Positions 9,671-20,001 of a stretch of DNA of 64,000 nt are shown in pieces. Source of the DNA: Flavobacteriales bacterium. Lineage in GTDB: Bacteria > Bacteroidota > Bacteroidia > Flavobacteriales_D > CAJJDF01. Location: NCBI GenBank assembly GCA_965655625.1, contig CBFHHA010000006.1:11745-75744 (forward strand), in the 5' to 3' direction. The notes under the pieces are model-generated. The model was not told where the DNA came from and made no database searches. It worked only from the letters and a program-made list of their open reading frames with translations. The position numbers and the translations under genes are program-made. Positions within the stretch are counted from its first letter, which is position 1. Each line of letters starts with the position of its first letter.

Positions 9671-12558
9671 TACTTCTTTATTATTTTTTCTACAGAACGT
9701 TTTCCGTCTGCCTGTACTACCAGGTAATAAAGACCTGTGGCACATTCAGTAATGTCTACATCTAAAGAAGTAAGGCCATCAATTGATTGAGTCATTATTT
9801 GTTTTCCAAGCTCGTCAAACAAAAAAATTGTTCCTTTACTCACCGAATTTTCAAAGACCAATCGCACATCTCCATCGGTTGGGTTTGGATATACTTTTAA
9901 ATCGAATTTATCTTTCTTGTTAATGTTTATACTGGCACTAGGATTGAACCTAACTGTGTATTGAAATTTATACGTTTCGCTTGTATCGTTATTCGCATTT
10001 ACGGCAAATACTTTGAAAAACACTTTTGTTCCCATGGGATAGTTGGGAATGGGTGTACTAGAAACGTAGGTACTATCGGCAGTATTCACCATCCCAATTC
10101 TGTTACCAAAACTAGGAGTGTTAACAGACCACATAGCATACACACTTCTCACAGGCAAGCCGCTAGATATTTGTGCATTGATATGCTGATCGATATCTTC
10201 TCTTGGCACAACTAAAGTTGGCATGTCATCAATCCATGTTTTTACGATAGCCGGATAATTATCTCGTCCAACTAATGAATATTCCCAAAGACCTCTTCCC
10301 CAAATTGCGGCTCTCAATGTATTCGAGCCATTTACAACTTCGAGCTCTTTTATTGTCGAATTGGGCAATCCCGGAGTGTACAAAGTCCAAGCCGTATCAG
10401 ATATAGTTTTTGTGTACACACCAATTTCTGCACCTACATAAATATTTCCCTCTTTTGTATGGTCTACAACCACATTTCGAAGGGGCATATCACCTAAGTT
10501 ATAAGTAATGTTTATCCAGTTTGTTCCGCCATTTGTAGTCATGAAAATTTTATTTCCATCATTTTGGTATCTATTGTAGGTAACAAATATATTCTCGTCA
10601 TCATTTGGGTTAAAAGCAATATCAGTGATCGTATAGTTTGGTAAATTTGTTTTGATAGAGGAAAAGGTGGCACCAGCATTTGTCGATTTCATGAGGGCAG
10701 CTCCTCTTGCTACCACAATTATATCTGAGTTATTCTCTGCAATAGCCGCTTCACTAATCGTATTTCCAAATGGGTCTCCTCGATAAGTCCAATTCCCGCC
10801 AAATTCCTCACTCACATAAATATCTTTTGCAAAATTATATACCTTCATCTGGTCATTTGGATCAAATGCTAATGGTGCTTCCCAAGCTCCATTTCCTGAA
10901 CCAGATTGACCGGAAGGTGACGCACCTCCTTGAGTCAAACCTCCATCTGTTGTTTTTCTCCTTGAACCATATTGCACACTTCCCATCATGTAGTCATCAT
11001 TCAATGGATGAATGATTGCCTCCATTCCGTCTGCCCCATAAAATTCAATCCATGCATCTTTGTGTTTGATACTGGTTCCGTTATCCTGTGAACCACTCAT
11101 CGTTCTGTAGTGGTTCGATTGACTGACTCCTAAACTGTAATTTTCTCTGATTCCTAGGCCATCACTCAAAACTGTCCAGGTCACACCATCGTCTGTGCTC
11201 TTGGCAAACAAACCGTCTGTTCCTACGTAAAAAATCCCATCGATGCATTGAGCGACACGCAAATCAGCATGAATGTATTTCCCTCCTTGCTTAAGATTTG
11301 CTTCGTAGTTTCCCATTCCATGGGCAGAACTTCCCAAACTCCACCATGTTATTTGGTTAGAAGTTCTTCCACCGTCTGTAGAATTAACAATATCTAAATA
11401 CCCGTAAATCATTTTTGACGTGTCTAAATCATGCACCGCAAATCCGTCACAAGACTCGGGCGGATTACTCATAAAAGTAAAATCTATCCCTTTATTCTTG
11501 GAGGTCCATATCCCGTTGGTTGATGCAAAAAAGACGCAATCTGGACAATCTTTACTTACTGATATTTTACCTGAAGCCCCGCTGTTGCCAACAAGTGTAT
11601 TTGATCCTGTAAAGGATACCCCTTGGTTCAATGAATACAATACTTTGTCTTTGTTTGAGCCCCAATAGTAATAGTCATAAATGTAAATGATATTGTCATC
11701 TGTCGGGTGAAATTCTATTTCAGATATTGACCCATTTGTTACTTTGGTCCAAGTGGCCAAATTATCTGTGGAACGGTACAAACCGTCACTTGCCGCAACC
11801 AAAATTAAATTTGCTACCCTCGGGTGGTAAGCAATTGTATTTATTTTAAAACTACTTCCTAGCCCGCCTTTTCCAAGTGTAGAAGGATTAAAATTAGTTT
11901 CTCTCCAAGTGGTGCCGCCATCTGTTGATCTGTAAATTCCATGGGAATAATTGTTGCCTCCATTTTGTACTGCTATCAGTATAGAATCTGAATTTGTGGG
12001 TGAAACTCCTATTGATTCGACTCCACTTGCCGTGAGCGAATCGGTATATCCTCCGGTCCAGGAGATTCCTCCATTGTTAGATTTCCAAAAGCCACCACTT
12101 CTGGATCCCACATACATAATTTGGGTGTTGCTCGGATTTACATAAAATGTTTCTATCCTTCCCAATCCGGCAGAGTAGTGCCCGGTGATGCTGTCTAATG
12201 TGTAAGGACCAAGATCTTTCCATCCTCCAGAATAAAGCGATCTATTCGTATTTCCGGCTGATTTAGATGTATTCAAAAACTGTAAATAAGCTTTTTCCAC
12301 AAATCTTGGATCCACATTATTTCTAGCTCCAGACGGAGCATACTTACTCTCATTTTCGTTCTTCCACCTTTGGTATCCTTTGTAGCCAGAACCTTTTCCT
12401 TTTCCATGACTTTCAAAATACTTATCGGCTTCTTTACAGACTTCGTAAAAATTGTAAGTAGGATCCTGCATCATTACCTTATATAGTTTTTGAGAAAAGG
12501 AAGAACTTATCAGAAAAACGGAAGCTAAAAAAAGTAATATTCTGACTATTTGCTGCAT
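9670..12558 (-). CDS. T9SS type A CTD protein with BNR/Asp-box (VPS10/GH74-like) beta-propellers
   Basis: Signal peptide; about 11 S/T-x-D/N-G-G-x-T-W-like boxes; C-terminal KVYPNPT...GLYYL...EKIIKK. Confidence 0.88.
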   Translation of the reverse strand: MQQIVRILLFLASVFLISSSFSQKLYKVMMQDPTYNFYEVCKEADKYFESHGKGKGSGYKGYQRWKNENESKYAPSGARNNVDPRFVEKAYLQFLNTSKSAGNTNRSLYSGGWKDLGPYTLDSITGHYSAGLGRIETFYVNPSNTQIMYVGSRSGGFWKSNNGGISWTGGYTDSLTASGVESIGVSPTNSDSILIAVQNGGNNYSHGIYRSTDGGTTWRETNFNPSTLGKGGLGSSFKINTIAYHPRVANLILVAASDGLYRSTDNLATWTKVTNGSISEIEFHPTDDNIIYIYDYYYWGSNKDKVLYSLNQGVSFTGSNTLVGNSGASGKISVSKDCPDCVFFASTNGIWTSKNKGIDFTFMSNPPESCDGFAVHDLDTSKMIYGYLDIVNSTDGGRTSNQITWWSLGSSAHGMGNYEANLKQGGKYIHADLRVAQCIDGIFYVGTDGLFAKSTDDGVTWTVLSDGLGIRENYSLGVSQSNHYRTMSGSQDNGTSIKHKDAWIEFYGADGMEAIIHPLNDDYMMGSVQYGSRRKTTDGGLTQGGASPSGQSGSGNGAWEAPLAFDPNDQMKVYNFAKDIYVSEEFGGNWTYRGDPFGNTISEAAIAENNSDIIVVARGAALMKSTNAGATFSSIKTNLPNYTITDIAFNPNDDENIFVTYNRYQNDGNKIFMTTNGGTNWINITYNLGDMPLRNVVVDHTKEGNIYVGAEIGVYTKTISDTAWTLYTPGLPNSTIKELEVVNGSNTLRAAIWGRGLWEYSLVGRDNYPAIVKTWIDDMPTLVVPREDIDQHINAQISSGLPVRSVYAMWSVNTPSFGNRIGMVNTADSTYVSSTPIPNYPMGTKVFFKVFAVNANNDTSETYKFQYTVRFNPSASININKKDKFDLKVYPNPTDGDVRLVFENSVSKGTIFLFDELGKQIMTQSIDGLTSLDVDITECATGLYYLVVQADGKRSVEKIIKK

Positions 12559-12563
12559 AGGTG

Positions 12564-13547
12564 TTATTTTATGAACTTATCGAAATTATAGTGATCTACT
12601 TCGGACAATTCTTGTTTTGATAATGACTTGAAAAAATTATAGGTTAATTTCAATCCTTCTTGCCTCGACACTTTTGGTTCCCAGTTCAGCAGTTGCTTCG
12701 CCTTTGTAATATCTGGCCTTCTTTTCTTTGGGTCGTTCTCCGGTAATTCTTTGTAAATTACTTTTTGACTTGTTCCTGTTAATTTAATAATTTCTTCGGC
12801 AAAGTCTCCAATTGTAATCTCATCTGGATTGCCAATGTTAACAGGTTCAGGGTAATCCGATTGCAATAACCTACATATTCCCTCTACCAAATCATCAACG
12901 TAACAGAATGACCTGGTCTGAGAACCATCTCCAAAAACTGTTAGATCCTCTCCTCTCAAAGCCTGACCAATAAAAGCTGGTAGAACTCTTCCATCGTTTA
13001 GCCTCATTCGAGGACCATAGGTGTTGAAAATCCGTATAATTCTTGTCTCAACTCCATGAAATCGGTGATACGCCATAGTAATGGCTTCCTGAAAACGCTT
13101 TGCTTCATCGTATACACCTCTTGGTCCGATAGGGTTCACATTTCCCCAATAGTCTTCCGTTTGCGGATGAACTTCAGGGTCGCCATAAACCTCTGATGTG
13201 CTAGCTATAAGCATTCTAGCATCTTTTGCTTTTGCTAGGCCCAATAAATTATGAGTACCAAGCGACCCCACTTTCAGAGTTTGAATTGGAATTTTAAGGT
13301 AATCAATTGGACTTGCTGGAGAAGCAAAATGAAGAATATAATCTAGTTCTCCCGAAACATGAATATAATTAGAGATATCATGATTGTGAAATTCAAAATT
13401 CTCTAATGGAAATAAGTGTTCTATATTCTTAAGTCTTCCGGTAATGAGATTATCCATCGCAATCACGTGATATCCGTCTTTAATGAACCGATCGCACAGA
13501 TGTGATCCCAAAAATCCTGCAGCTCCTGTAATTAATACTTTTTTCAT
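12564..13547 (-). CDS. UDP-glucuronate decarboxylase (UDP-xylose synthase family SDR)
   Basis: [35 protein letters not shown]. Confidence 0.92.
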   Translation of the reverse strand: MKKVLITGAAGFLGSHLCDRFIKDGYHVIAMDNLITGRLKNIEHLFPLENFEFHNHDISNYIHVSGELDYILHFASPASPIDYLKIPIQTLKVGSLGTHNLLGLAKAKDARMLIASTSEVYGDPEVHPQTEDYWGNVNPIGPRGVYDEAKRFQEAITMAYHRFHGVETRIIRIFNTYGPRMRLNDGRVLPAFIGQALRGEDLTVFGDGSQTRSFCYVDDLVEGICRLLQSDYPEPVNIGNPDEITIGDFAEEIIKLTGTSQKVIYKELPENDPKKRRPDITKAKQLLNWEPKVSRQEGLKLTYNFFKSLSKQELSEVDHYNFDKFIK

Positions 13548-13555
13548 ACTTTGTT

Positions 13556-14866
13556 TTAAACTATTTCTCTTCCAATACTTTGGTACCTAAATCCGTTCTT
13601 CTTCATTTCTTCCAAATCGTATAAGTTTCTTCCGTCAAAAATAGTTGGTTCTGAAAGAGTTTCTTTTATTCTGTTAAAATCTGGAGTTCTAAACACTTGC
13701 CATTCTGTTGCAATCACCAAAAAGTCAGCATTATTTAATGCTTCATACTGATTCTCCACAAAGGAAATTTTAGACCCGTAAATCTCCTTTACGTTCTCCA
13801 TTGCTTCTGGATCAAAAGCTTGAATTGTGCATCCCTCTTCCAACAATGCATCTATGATATACAGTGCCGGTGCCTCTCTAATATCATCTGTGTCGGGTTT
13901 AAAAGCCAATCCCCATAAAGCGATATTTTTGCCTTTTAGATCTCCTCCGTAATATTGTTTTATTTTGTCAACAATAATTACTTTTTGTCTTTCATTTACT
14001 TCTATTACCGAGTTTATTATTTTGAAGTTATATCCATTGTCATTTCCAGACTTGATCAAAGCTTTCACATCTTTCGGAAAGCAACTTCCTCCGTATCCAA
14101 TTCCTGGGAATAAGAATCTGTTTCCTATCCTAGCATCAGAACCAATACCTTTTCTTACCATGTCCACATCTGCGCCCACTATTTCACAAAAATTTGCTAT
14201 TTCGTTCATGAAAGTAATCTTGGTAGCCAAAAATGAATTAGCCGCATACTTCGTTAGCTCCGCAGACTTTTCATCCATGAAATAAATTGGATTTCCTTGC
14301 CTCACAAAAGGCTTATAAAGCTCCTCCAAAATCTTCCTGGCTTTGGCAGACTCAGTTCCAATAACTACCCTGTCTGGTTTTAGGAAATCACTTACCGCAA
14401 ATCCTTCTCTCAAAAATTCAGGGTTGGAAACCACATCAAATCCAACAGAAGTGTTTTTTGCAATAGCGTCTTTCACTTTATCGGCAGTTCCTACCGGTAC
14501 AGTACTCTTATCAATAATTACCTTATAATCTTTTATTAATTTACCCAGCTGGTCTGCTACTCCTAGGATGTAACTCAAATCAGCTGATCCGTCCTCACCT
14601 GGAGGAGTGGGCAATGCCAAGAAAATAATCTCTGCATTCTCTATCGATGATTCGATATCCGTTGAAAATGACAACCTGCCTTGCTTTTGATTTCTTTCAA
14701 ACAACACATCCAACTGAGGCTCATAAATTGGCACCTCACCATTTTTCATTCTTTCTACTTTGTTGGCATCAATATCCACACAAACCACATTATTGCCTGT
14801 CTCGGCAAAACAAGTCCCTGTAACTAAACCAACATACCCAGTTCCTATAACTGCTATATTCTTCAT
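13556..14866 (-). CDS. ugd: UDP-glucose 6-dehydrogenase
   Basis: [34 protein letters not shown]. Confidence 0.94.
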   Translation of the reverse strand: MKNIAVIGTGYVGLVTGTCFAETGNNVVCVDIDANKVERMKNGEVPIYEPQLDVLFERNQKQGRLSFSTDIESSIENAEIIFLALPTPPGEDGSADLSYILGVADQLGKLIKDYKVIIDKSTVPVGTADKVKDAIAKNTSVGFDVVSNPEFLREGFAVSDFLKPDRVVIGTESAKARKILEELYKPFVRQGNPIYFMDEKSAELTKYAANSFLATKITFMNEIANFCEIVGADVDMVRKGIGSDARIGNRFLFPGIGYGGSCFPKDVKALIKSGNDNGYNFKIINSVIEVNERQKVIIVDKIKQYYGGDLKGKNIALWGLAFKPDTDDIREAPALYIIDALLEEGCTIQAFDPEAMENVKEIYGSKISFVENQYEALNNADFLVIATEWQVFRTPDFNRIKETLSEPTIFDGRNLYDLEEMKKNGFRYQSIGREIV

Positions 14867-14871
14867 AATCT

Positions 14872-15996
14872 TTATTTAAATTCTTTTACTGTTTTTGTTA
14901 TATACACCAACTCCTCTTCCGTTAACTCGGTATGCATTGGCAACGAAATTACTGCAGCATTCAATGCTTCTGTTTTCGTAAAGTCCACCTGGTCATACCG
15001 TGGATCGGTGTATGCTTTTTGTTTGTGCAATGGCAATGGATAATACACCATCGCAGGTATTCCTTTTTCGGATAAATAGGAACGTAATTCATCTCTATTT
15101 ATTCCCTTGGTTATTAATGTATACTGATGAAATACATGAGTGGAACTTGGATCTCTAAATGGAGTAGTTAACCACGACACATTTTCGAATGCGTTATCGT
15201 AAAAATCTGCTGCTCTGTTCCTATTGGCAATGTAACTATTCAAGTGAGGCAACTTCTTTCTTAACACGGCCGCCTGAATACTATCCAATCTTGAATTTAC
15301 CCCAATTTCATCATGGTAATATTGAGTACTTTGACCATGATTCGCTATCATCTTTATCCTTTTCCCTAGATCGGAATCATTGGTAAATAGTGCACCTCCA
15401 TCTCCGTAACATCCCAAATTTTTGGAGGGAAAAAACGAAGTGGTCCCAACGTGACCAATTGTACCAGCTTTTTTGACACTTCCATCTGAAAACTTATAGT
15501 CGGCACCAATTGCTTGAGCAGTGTCCTCAATCACAAACAAATTGTGTTTGTTAGCAATTCTCATTACCTCCTCCATATTAGCACATTGACCATACAAATG
15601 CACGGGCACAATGGCTTTGGTTTTAGGAGTAATTGCCTTTTCTAAAGATTCTGTATCGATATTAAAAGTCTTGGAATCGACCTCTACCAGCACTGGTGTT
15701 AAATTTAGAAGTCCTATTACCTCTACCGTAGCAACGTAAGTAAAGTTCGCTGTAATCACCTCATCGCCTGGTTTCAACCCTAGAGCCATCATTGCAATTT
15801 GCAATGCATCGGTTCCATTAGCACACGGAATTACATGATTCACATCAAGGTAGGCCTCTAGTTCTTTCTGAAACTCCTTAACTTCTGGACCATTAATATA
15901 CTGCGAAGACCTTACTACATTGAGTATTGCTTCATCAATTCCTTCTTTTATTTTTTCGTATTGACCAATTAGGTCAACCATTTGGATGTTTTTCAT
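14872..15996 (-). CDS. DegT/DnrJ/EryC1/StrS aminotransferase, WbpE/PorR-like
   Basis: CANGTDAL, IEDTAQ, SFFPSKNLGCYGDGG, NSRLDSIQAA. Confidence 0.92.
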   Translation of the reverse strand: MKNIQMVDLIGQYEKIKEGIDEAILNVVRSSQYINGPEVKEFQKELEAYLDVNHVIPCANGTDALQIAMMALGLKPGDEVITANFTYVATVEVIGLLNLTPVLVEVDSKTFNIDTESLEKAITPKTKAIVPVHLYGQCANMEEVMRIANKHNLFVIEDTAQAIGADYKFSDGSVKKAGTIGHVGTTSFFPSKNLGCYGDGGALFTNDSDLGKRIKMIANHGQSTQYYHDEIGVNSRLDSIQAAVLRKKLPHLNSYIANRNRAADFYDNAFENVSWLTTPFRDPSSTHVFHQYTLITKGINRDELRSYLSEKGIPAMVYYPLPLHKQKAYTDPRYDQVDFTKTEALNAAVISLPMHTELTEEELVYITKTVKEFK

Positions 15997-16013
15997 ACCC
16001 TATATATAAGTTG

Positions 16014-16021
16014 CAAATATA
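16014..16021 (-). promoter_or_regulatory. Bacteroidota sigma70 -7 element (TATATTTG) of the sugar operon
   Basis: Exact TAnnTTTG 17 nt upstream of the ATG at 15996. Confidence 0.6.
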
Positions 16022-16085
16022 CTGAAAAAATCAACTTGAATAGGACTTTACACCAACTAGAATTTCAATTTGTAAATACGCAATA

Positions 16086-16328
16086 CTAAGACTTTGGCTT
16101 CGTAATTAATGAATAAATGATCCAAACTAATAGAACTAGGGAAATGAGAGCTGATCCTCCGTGCATGACGAAATCAAACCAATCAATGGGTTTCATACCA
16201 ATTGCTCCTCCCTCAATCCATTTCAGTTTTCCAATAAGATGAGGTTCACCAATAGGAGATAAACCCAAGAATCCAAGTAATAAGGCAAGTATTACTTGGT
16301 TTTGAATATTGGAGTTTTTCTTACTCAT
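16086..16328 (-). CDS. Small membrane protein (PHLxGKxxW...DWFDxxxHG type)
   Basis: Two hydrophobic segments; start reassigned to ATG 16328, which overlaps the rhodanese gene end. Confidence 0.7.
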   Translation of the reverse strand: MSKKNSNIQNQVILALLLGFLGLSPIGEPHLIGKLKWIEGGAIGMKPIDWFDFVMHGGSALISLVLLVWIIYSLITKPKS

Positions 16329-16746
16329 ACTCAAAACCTGCTTTTTTCCAAGCCCCAAATCCTCCCAACATATTGTACATAACTTGATATCCGGAATTAG
16401 ATAACTTACTCATTGCACCTGAGGACCTTCCTCCAGCAGCGCAATAAATCAATAAGGTTTTAGATTTGTCTAACTCCGTTACCTTTTGCACAAAATCAGA
16501 AGAAAAGTAGTCTATATTTACCGCATTCTTGAGGTGACCAGCTTCAAATTCCATCGATCGTCTCACATCCAAAATTATCACCTCATCGGTAATTAATTTC
16601 TTGAATTCATTCACAGAAACATTCTCAGCTATTTTCGTAGTTTGAACATCCTCTTGGTTCTGATTTAAATTTCCTGATTGGTTGGAACAGGATAAAATCC
16701 CCGCCAAACCGACAAAGAATATAAAATAAAAAGTTCGTTTCATCAT
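16321..16746 (-). CDS. Rhodanese-like lipoprotein
   Basis: Lipobox ILSC; ILDVR..EFEAGHL; YCAAGGRS active-site loop; LGGFGAW. Confidence 0.88.
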   Translation of the reverse strand: MMKRTFYFIFFVGLAGILSCSNQSGNLNQNQEDVQTTKIAENVSVNEFKKLITDEVIILDVRRSMEFEAGHLKNAVNIDYFSSDFVQKVTELDKSKTLLIYCAAGGRSSGAMSKLSNSGYQVMYNMLGGFGAWKKAGFEYE

Positions 16747-17120
16747 TGTTTTTTGTTTTTGTAAGACATAAATAAATTAGCCCAGATAATCTTTGATAAA
16801 GAATATAAATAAGGACCTAAAACCACCATCACTAAACCTATTAAAAGTATGTACTCGAGTGCTCCCGGATTTGGATAAAGCAGGTATGTTAGCATAAAAA
16901 CAGCCACAAATACGGCTACACCCAAAGCATAAGATACATACATCGCACCATAATAAAATCCTGGCTCTTTCGAAAAAGACTCGCCACATTCTCTACATTT
17001 CTCATTTACTGCGCCCATATGTTTAAAATCATAAGAGGAGGAAACAAAGAAATCGCCTTCTTGACAATGCGGACATTTCCGTTTAAGAATACTGAATAAT
17101 TTAGTTCCTTTTTTTAACAT
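16743..17120 (-). CDS. DUF983-like membrane protein with CxxC pairs
   Basis: KCPHCQEG...CRECG..EPGFYYGAMYVSY followed by two TM helices. Confidence 0.8.
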   Translation of the reverse strand: MLKKGTKLFSILKRKCPHCQEGDFFVSSSYDFKHMGAVNEKCRECGESFSKEPGFYYGAMYVSYALGVAVFVAVFMLTYLLYPNPGALEYILLIGLVMVVLGPYLYSLSKIIWANLFMSYKNKKQ

Positions 17121-17174
17121 AATTCAAAAGTATAAATTGTTTCTTTTAGTCAAAGTAATAATTGTTACACTCTC

Positions 17175-17843
17175 CTACTTTATCGCAATGGTCATTTCTC
17201 TCTTACCTGGGGGGCCCGGGACATTCATCACTTGAAAACCTACCGATTTTAAATCTCGTTTAAATTGACCCATAGCACAATACGTTACCAACACACCTCC
17301 AATAACTAAATGATTGTACAAATTTTCGAAAATTTCTTTTTCCCACATTTCATTTTGAGCGCGAGGTCCAAAAGCATCGTAATATACCAAATCAAACCTA
17401 TTCGAGGTTTTAAAATTTTGCACTTTCTGATTGATTTTAGTCAGATAAAAGTTAGGGTGAATAGCTACTTCCCTTTCCCACTCTACTGAATGTAGTTTAG
17501 CGAAATCAACCTTGGAGAGAGATGGCTCTAATTCTAAATAATTTAGTTCATCGATAACCTCTTTTGGCAAAGGCACCGTTTCTAGCCCTGTGTAATGGAT
17601 AATAATTCCAACCTCCTGCGAATGCAATGAAGTAAGAATAGCATTCAAACCGGTTCCAAATCCTACCTCTAAGATTGATAACTCTTCTTTTTGTACTTGG
17701 GCAACTCCGTTTTTAATAAACACATGCTTGGCTTCTTGAATAGCACCATGTGTTGAATGATACGTTTCTTCAATCGAAGACAAGAATAGAGTTGTGGAGC
17801 CATCACCTGTCTTTCTAATCGATATTTCTTGAATATTTTCCAT
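17175..17843 (-). CDS. mnmD: tRNA mnm5s2U34 methyltransferase (stand-alone MnmC methyltransferase domain)
   Basis: TGDGSTT, YHSTHGA, LEVGFGTGLN, YYDAFGP, GPPGKREM. Confidence 0.9.
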   Translation of the reverse strand: MENIQEISIRKTGDGSTTLFLSSIEETYHSTHGAIQEAKHVFIKNGVAQVQKEELSILEVGFGTGLNAILTSLHSQEVGIIIHYTGLETVPLPKEVIDELNYLELEPSLSKVDFAKLHSVEWEREVAIHPNFYLTKINQKVQNFKTSNRFDLVYYDAFGPRAQNEMWEKEIFENLYNHLVIGGVLVTYCAMGQFKRDLKSVGFQVMNVPGPPGKREMTIAIK

Positions 17844-17844
17844 A

Positions 17845-17877
17845 AAAAAGCCCTAGAAGTTAATACTACTAGGGCTT
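17845..17877 (-). terminator. Intrinsic terminator after the OmpA/PorE-like gene
   Basis: AAGCCCTAG/CTAGGGCTT stem with U-tract on the minus strand. Confidence 0.7.
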
Positions 17878-17930
17878 AATTTTTTTTTTATTAATCACTT
17901 TATTGTGTTCTGCCTTCTAGAATTCTTTGT

Positions 17931-19955
17931 TTATGAGACAATTCTAAATTCTGTTCTTCTGTTCATTTGGTGTTCTTCGTCTGTACAGTCCGACTTGTTT
18001 GTTTTATCGCAATCGCATTCATTAAGAAGCTTCGTTTCTCCATAACCTTTTCCGTAAATTCTTGAAGCATCAATTCCTTTAGAGATAACAAAATCTCTTG
18101 CGGCTTTGGCTCTTCGCTCGGATAGTTTTTCATTGTACACATCTGACGCTCTACAATCGGTATGAGACCCAATTTCAACTTTTATGGTTGGATTCGCTTT
18201 CATACAAGTTACTAACTTTGATAATTCCACTGCAGCATCAGGACGAATGAAAGCCTTGTCAAAATCGTAAAAAATCGTTTTTATCTCGCAAAACTCTGTT
18301 ATTTCATTCCCTGCCTTATTCTCTTGAATTTTGGTGTTAATGTATTCACTCAAGTTAATAGTTCCTGGCTCCTCAAAAGTTTTATTGAAGGGAACTGTTT
18401 TTGACAAATAACCTTTTTTCGAGATAATCACATCATAATCCATTTCGTATCCTTCATATGATCTACCTTCCATGTTATTCAAAAAAGAGCCTTTTTCATC
18501 GGTAATGAATTCTTCCACCTCTCCCGTTCTTCTATCTCTTAGTTTTACCGAAACTCCCGCTATTGCCTTTCCATTTTCGGAATTCATAATCGTAGCGGCA
18601 AGCTTGTATTCACCCTCTTTTATTTTAATCTCTTTTACCTCGGCTAATGGCCTTGCCGAGTTCATTTTAAATCTGTAAATATCGTCATTTCCTTTCGCAG
18701 TAATTCCATCTCTGTTTGAACTAAAATACCCTTCTGTTTGGTTTTCATTGATAATAAATCCAAAATCATCGTGATTTGTATTTAATGGATACATCATATT
18801 TTGCGGTTCTGAAAAGTTTCCTTTTCCATCTCCTTGTGCTTTGTAGATATCTTGTCCTCCTAGCCCCAGAAAGCCGTCTGTTGAGAAATAAAGAGTATGA
18901 TTTGCCGAAATAAAAGGAAACATTTCTTTTCCTTCGGTATTTAAGTCATCGACATTCATAGGTTTTGACCATGAATTACCTTCTTTTTTTGACATCCAAA
19001 TATCAGTTTCACCTTTGGATCCTGGCATATCCGACACAAAATACATCACCGTACCGTCTTCTGTAACTGAAGCATGACCCGTTGAATACTCATCGCTGTT
19101 GTGAGGAAATTCAGTTAACTCACCCCACTCTCCGTTTTCTTTTTTTACTGAAAGGTAGATTTTAAGGTTATTATGTTTGGCCGAATCAGAACCTTTCTTC
19201 TTGCTTAGGTAGTTACTTCTTGTTAAGTACATAATTGTTCCATTATTGCTGAAAGACACTGGACCTTCATGATACTTTGATTTTAATCCTCTTTCAAATC
19301 TTTCAATTTCAGCTTGCTCACCATCACCACCCAGTTTGGCAATAAACACATCTAAAAAATTAGAGCCATCCCATTGCAATCTGTTGTTTAGCGCGCTTGT
19401 ATTACTTGTTCTTGCTGAGACGAACAACAGATTTGTTTGACCATCCACAGAATAAAAACTAGGGGCAAAATCAGAAGCCGAAGAATTCACACCTAAATTC
19501 GCAATTACATACTTATTTGGCATTGATTTTAATTCATTCACGTAATCCTGATTACCAGCATGTACTTTTCCAATAGAATTATTTGGTTTCATTTTAGCGA
19601 ATTTCGCAATCATTTTATTCGCCAGATCGTACTTTTCGTTCATCTTTAGAGTTTGAGCATAGTGATAAAAATCTTCAGCTTTCACTCCCTCATGGCTTAC
19701 TAGTTTAGCATACCACTTTTCCGCTAGGTCAGTGTTCCCAACTAGTCTATAACATTCTGCTGCTCTTCTTATTTGATGGTCGGTAGCTTTAGATTTTTTA
19801 GCTAGCTCTGAGTACATTTCTCCGGCGGTTGCGTAAGCCAGCATGTTAAACTTTTTGTCGGCAGTTTTTTCTTTCATTCCTTGAGCTTGAGTAGAAAAAC
19901 TAACCAAGGTAGTAACGAGAACAAAAACGAATTTTATTGTGTAATTCTTAATCAT
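17931..19955 (-). CDS. PorE-like OmpA family protein (TPR + PD40 propeller + carboxypeptidase-regulatory-like + OmpA_C)
   Basis: TPR-like N-terminus, YFVSDMPG/YFSSNR PD40 repeats, SHTDCR..YNEKLSERRA..NRRTEF; follows PorP. Confidence 0.88.
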   Translation of the reverse strand: MIKNYTIKFVFVLVTTLVSFSTQAQGMKEKTADKKFNMLAYATAGEMYSELAKKSKATDHQIRRAAECYRLVGNTDLAEKWYAKLVSHEGVKAEDFYHYAQTLKMNEKYDLANKMIAKFAKMKPNNSIGKVHAGNQDYVNELKSMPNKYVIANLGVNSSASDFAPSFYSVDGQTNLLFVSARTSNTSALNNRLQWDGSNFLDVFIAKLGGDGEQAEIERFERGLKSKYHEGPVSFSNNGTIMYLTRSNYLSKKKGSDSAKHNNLKIYLSVKKENGEWGELTEFPHNSDEYSTGHASVTEDGTVMYFVSDMPGSKGETDIWMSKKEGNSWSKPMNVDDLNTEGKEMFPFISANHTLYFSTDGFLGLGGQDIYKAQGDGKGNFSEPQNMMYPLNTNHDDFGFIINENQTEGYFSSNRDGITAKGNDDIYRFKMNSARPLAEVKEIKIKEGEYKLAATIMNSENGKAIAGVSVKLRDRRTGEVEEFITDEKGSFLNNMEGRSYEGYEMDYDVIISKKGYLSKTVPFNKTFEEPGTINLSEYINTKIQENKAGNEITEFCEIKTIFYDFDKAFIRPDAAVELSKLVTCMKANPTIKVEIGSHTDCRASDVYNEKLSERRAKAARDFVISKGIDASRIYGKGYGETKLLNECDCDKTNKSDCTDEEHQMNRRTEFRIVS

Positions 19956-20001
19956 AATTAGTGCGTTGAGATAAATATTGAGGATATTAATTTATTTTGA
20001 A

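Noticed and set aside
9671-9745. Long N-terminal extensions of ORF-track calls (also 21015, 23528, 49386, 53960, 58367)
   Set aside because: They overlap neighbouring genes or promoter elements; downstream ATGs fit the family N-termini better
16321-17843. Rhodanese near mnmD as a tRNA thiolation module
   Set aside because: The rhodanese has a lipoprotein signal and would be extracytoplasmic
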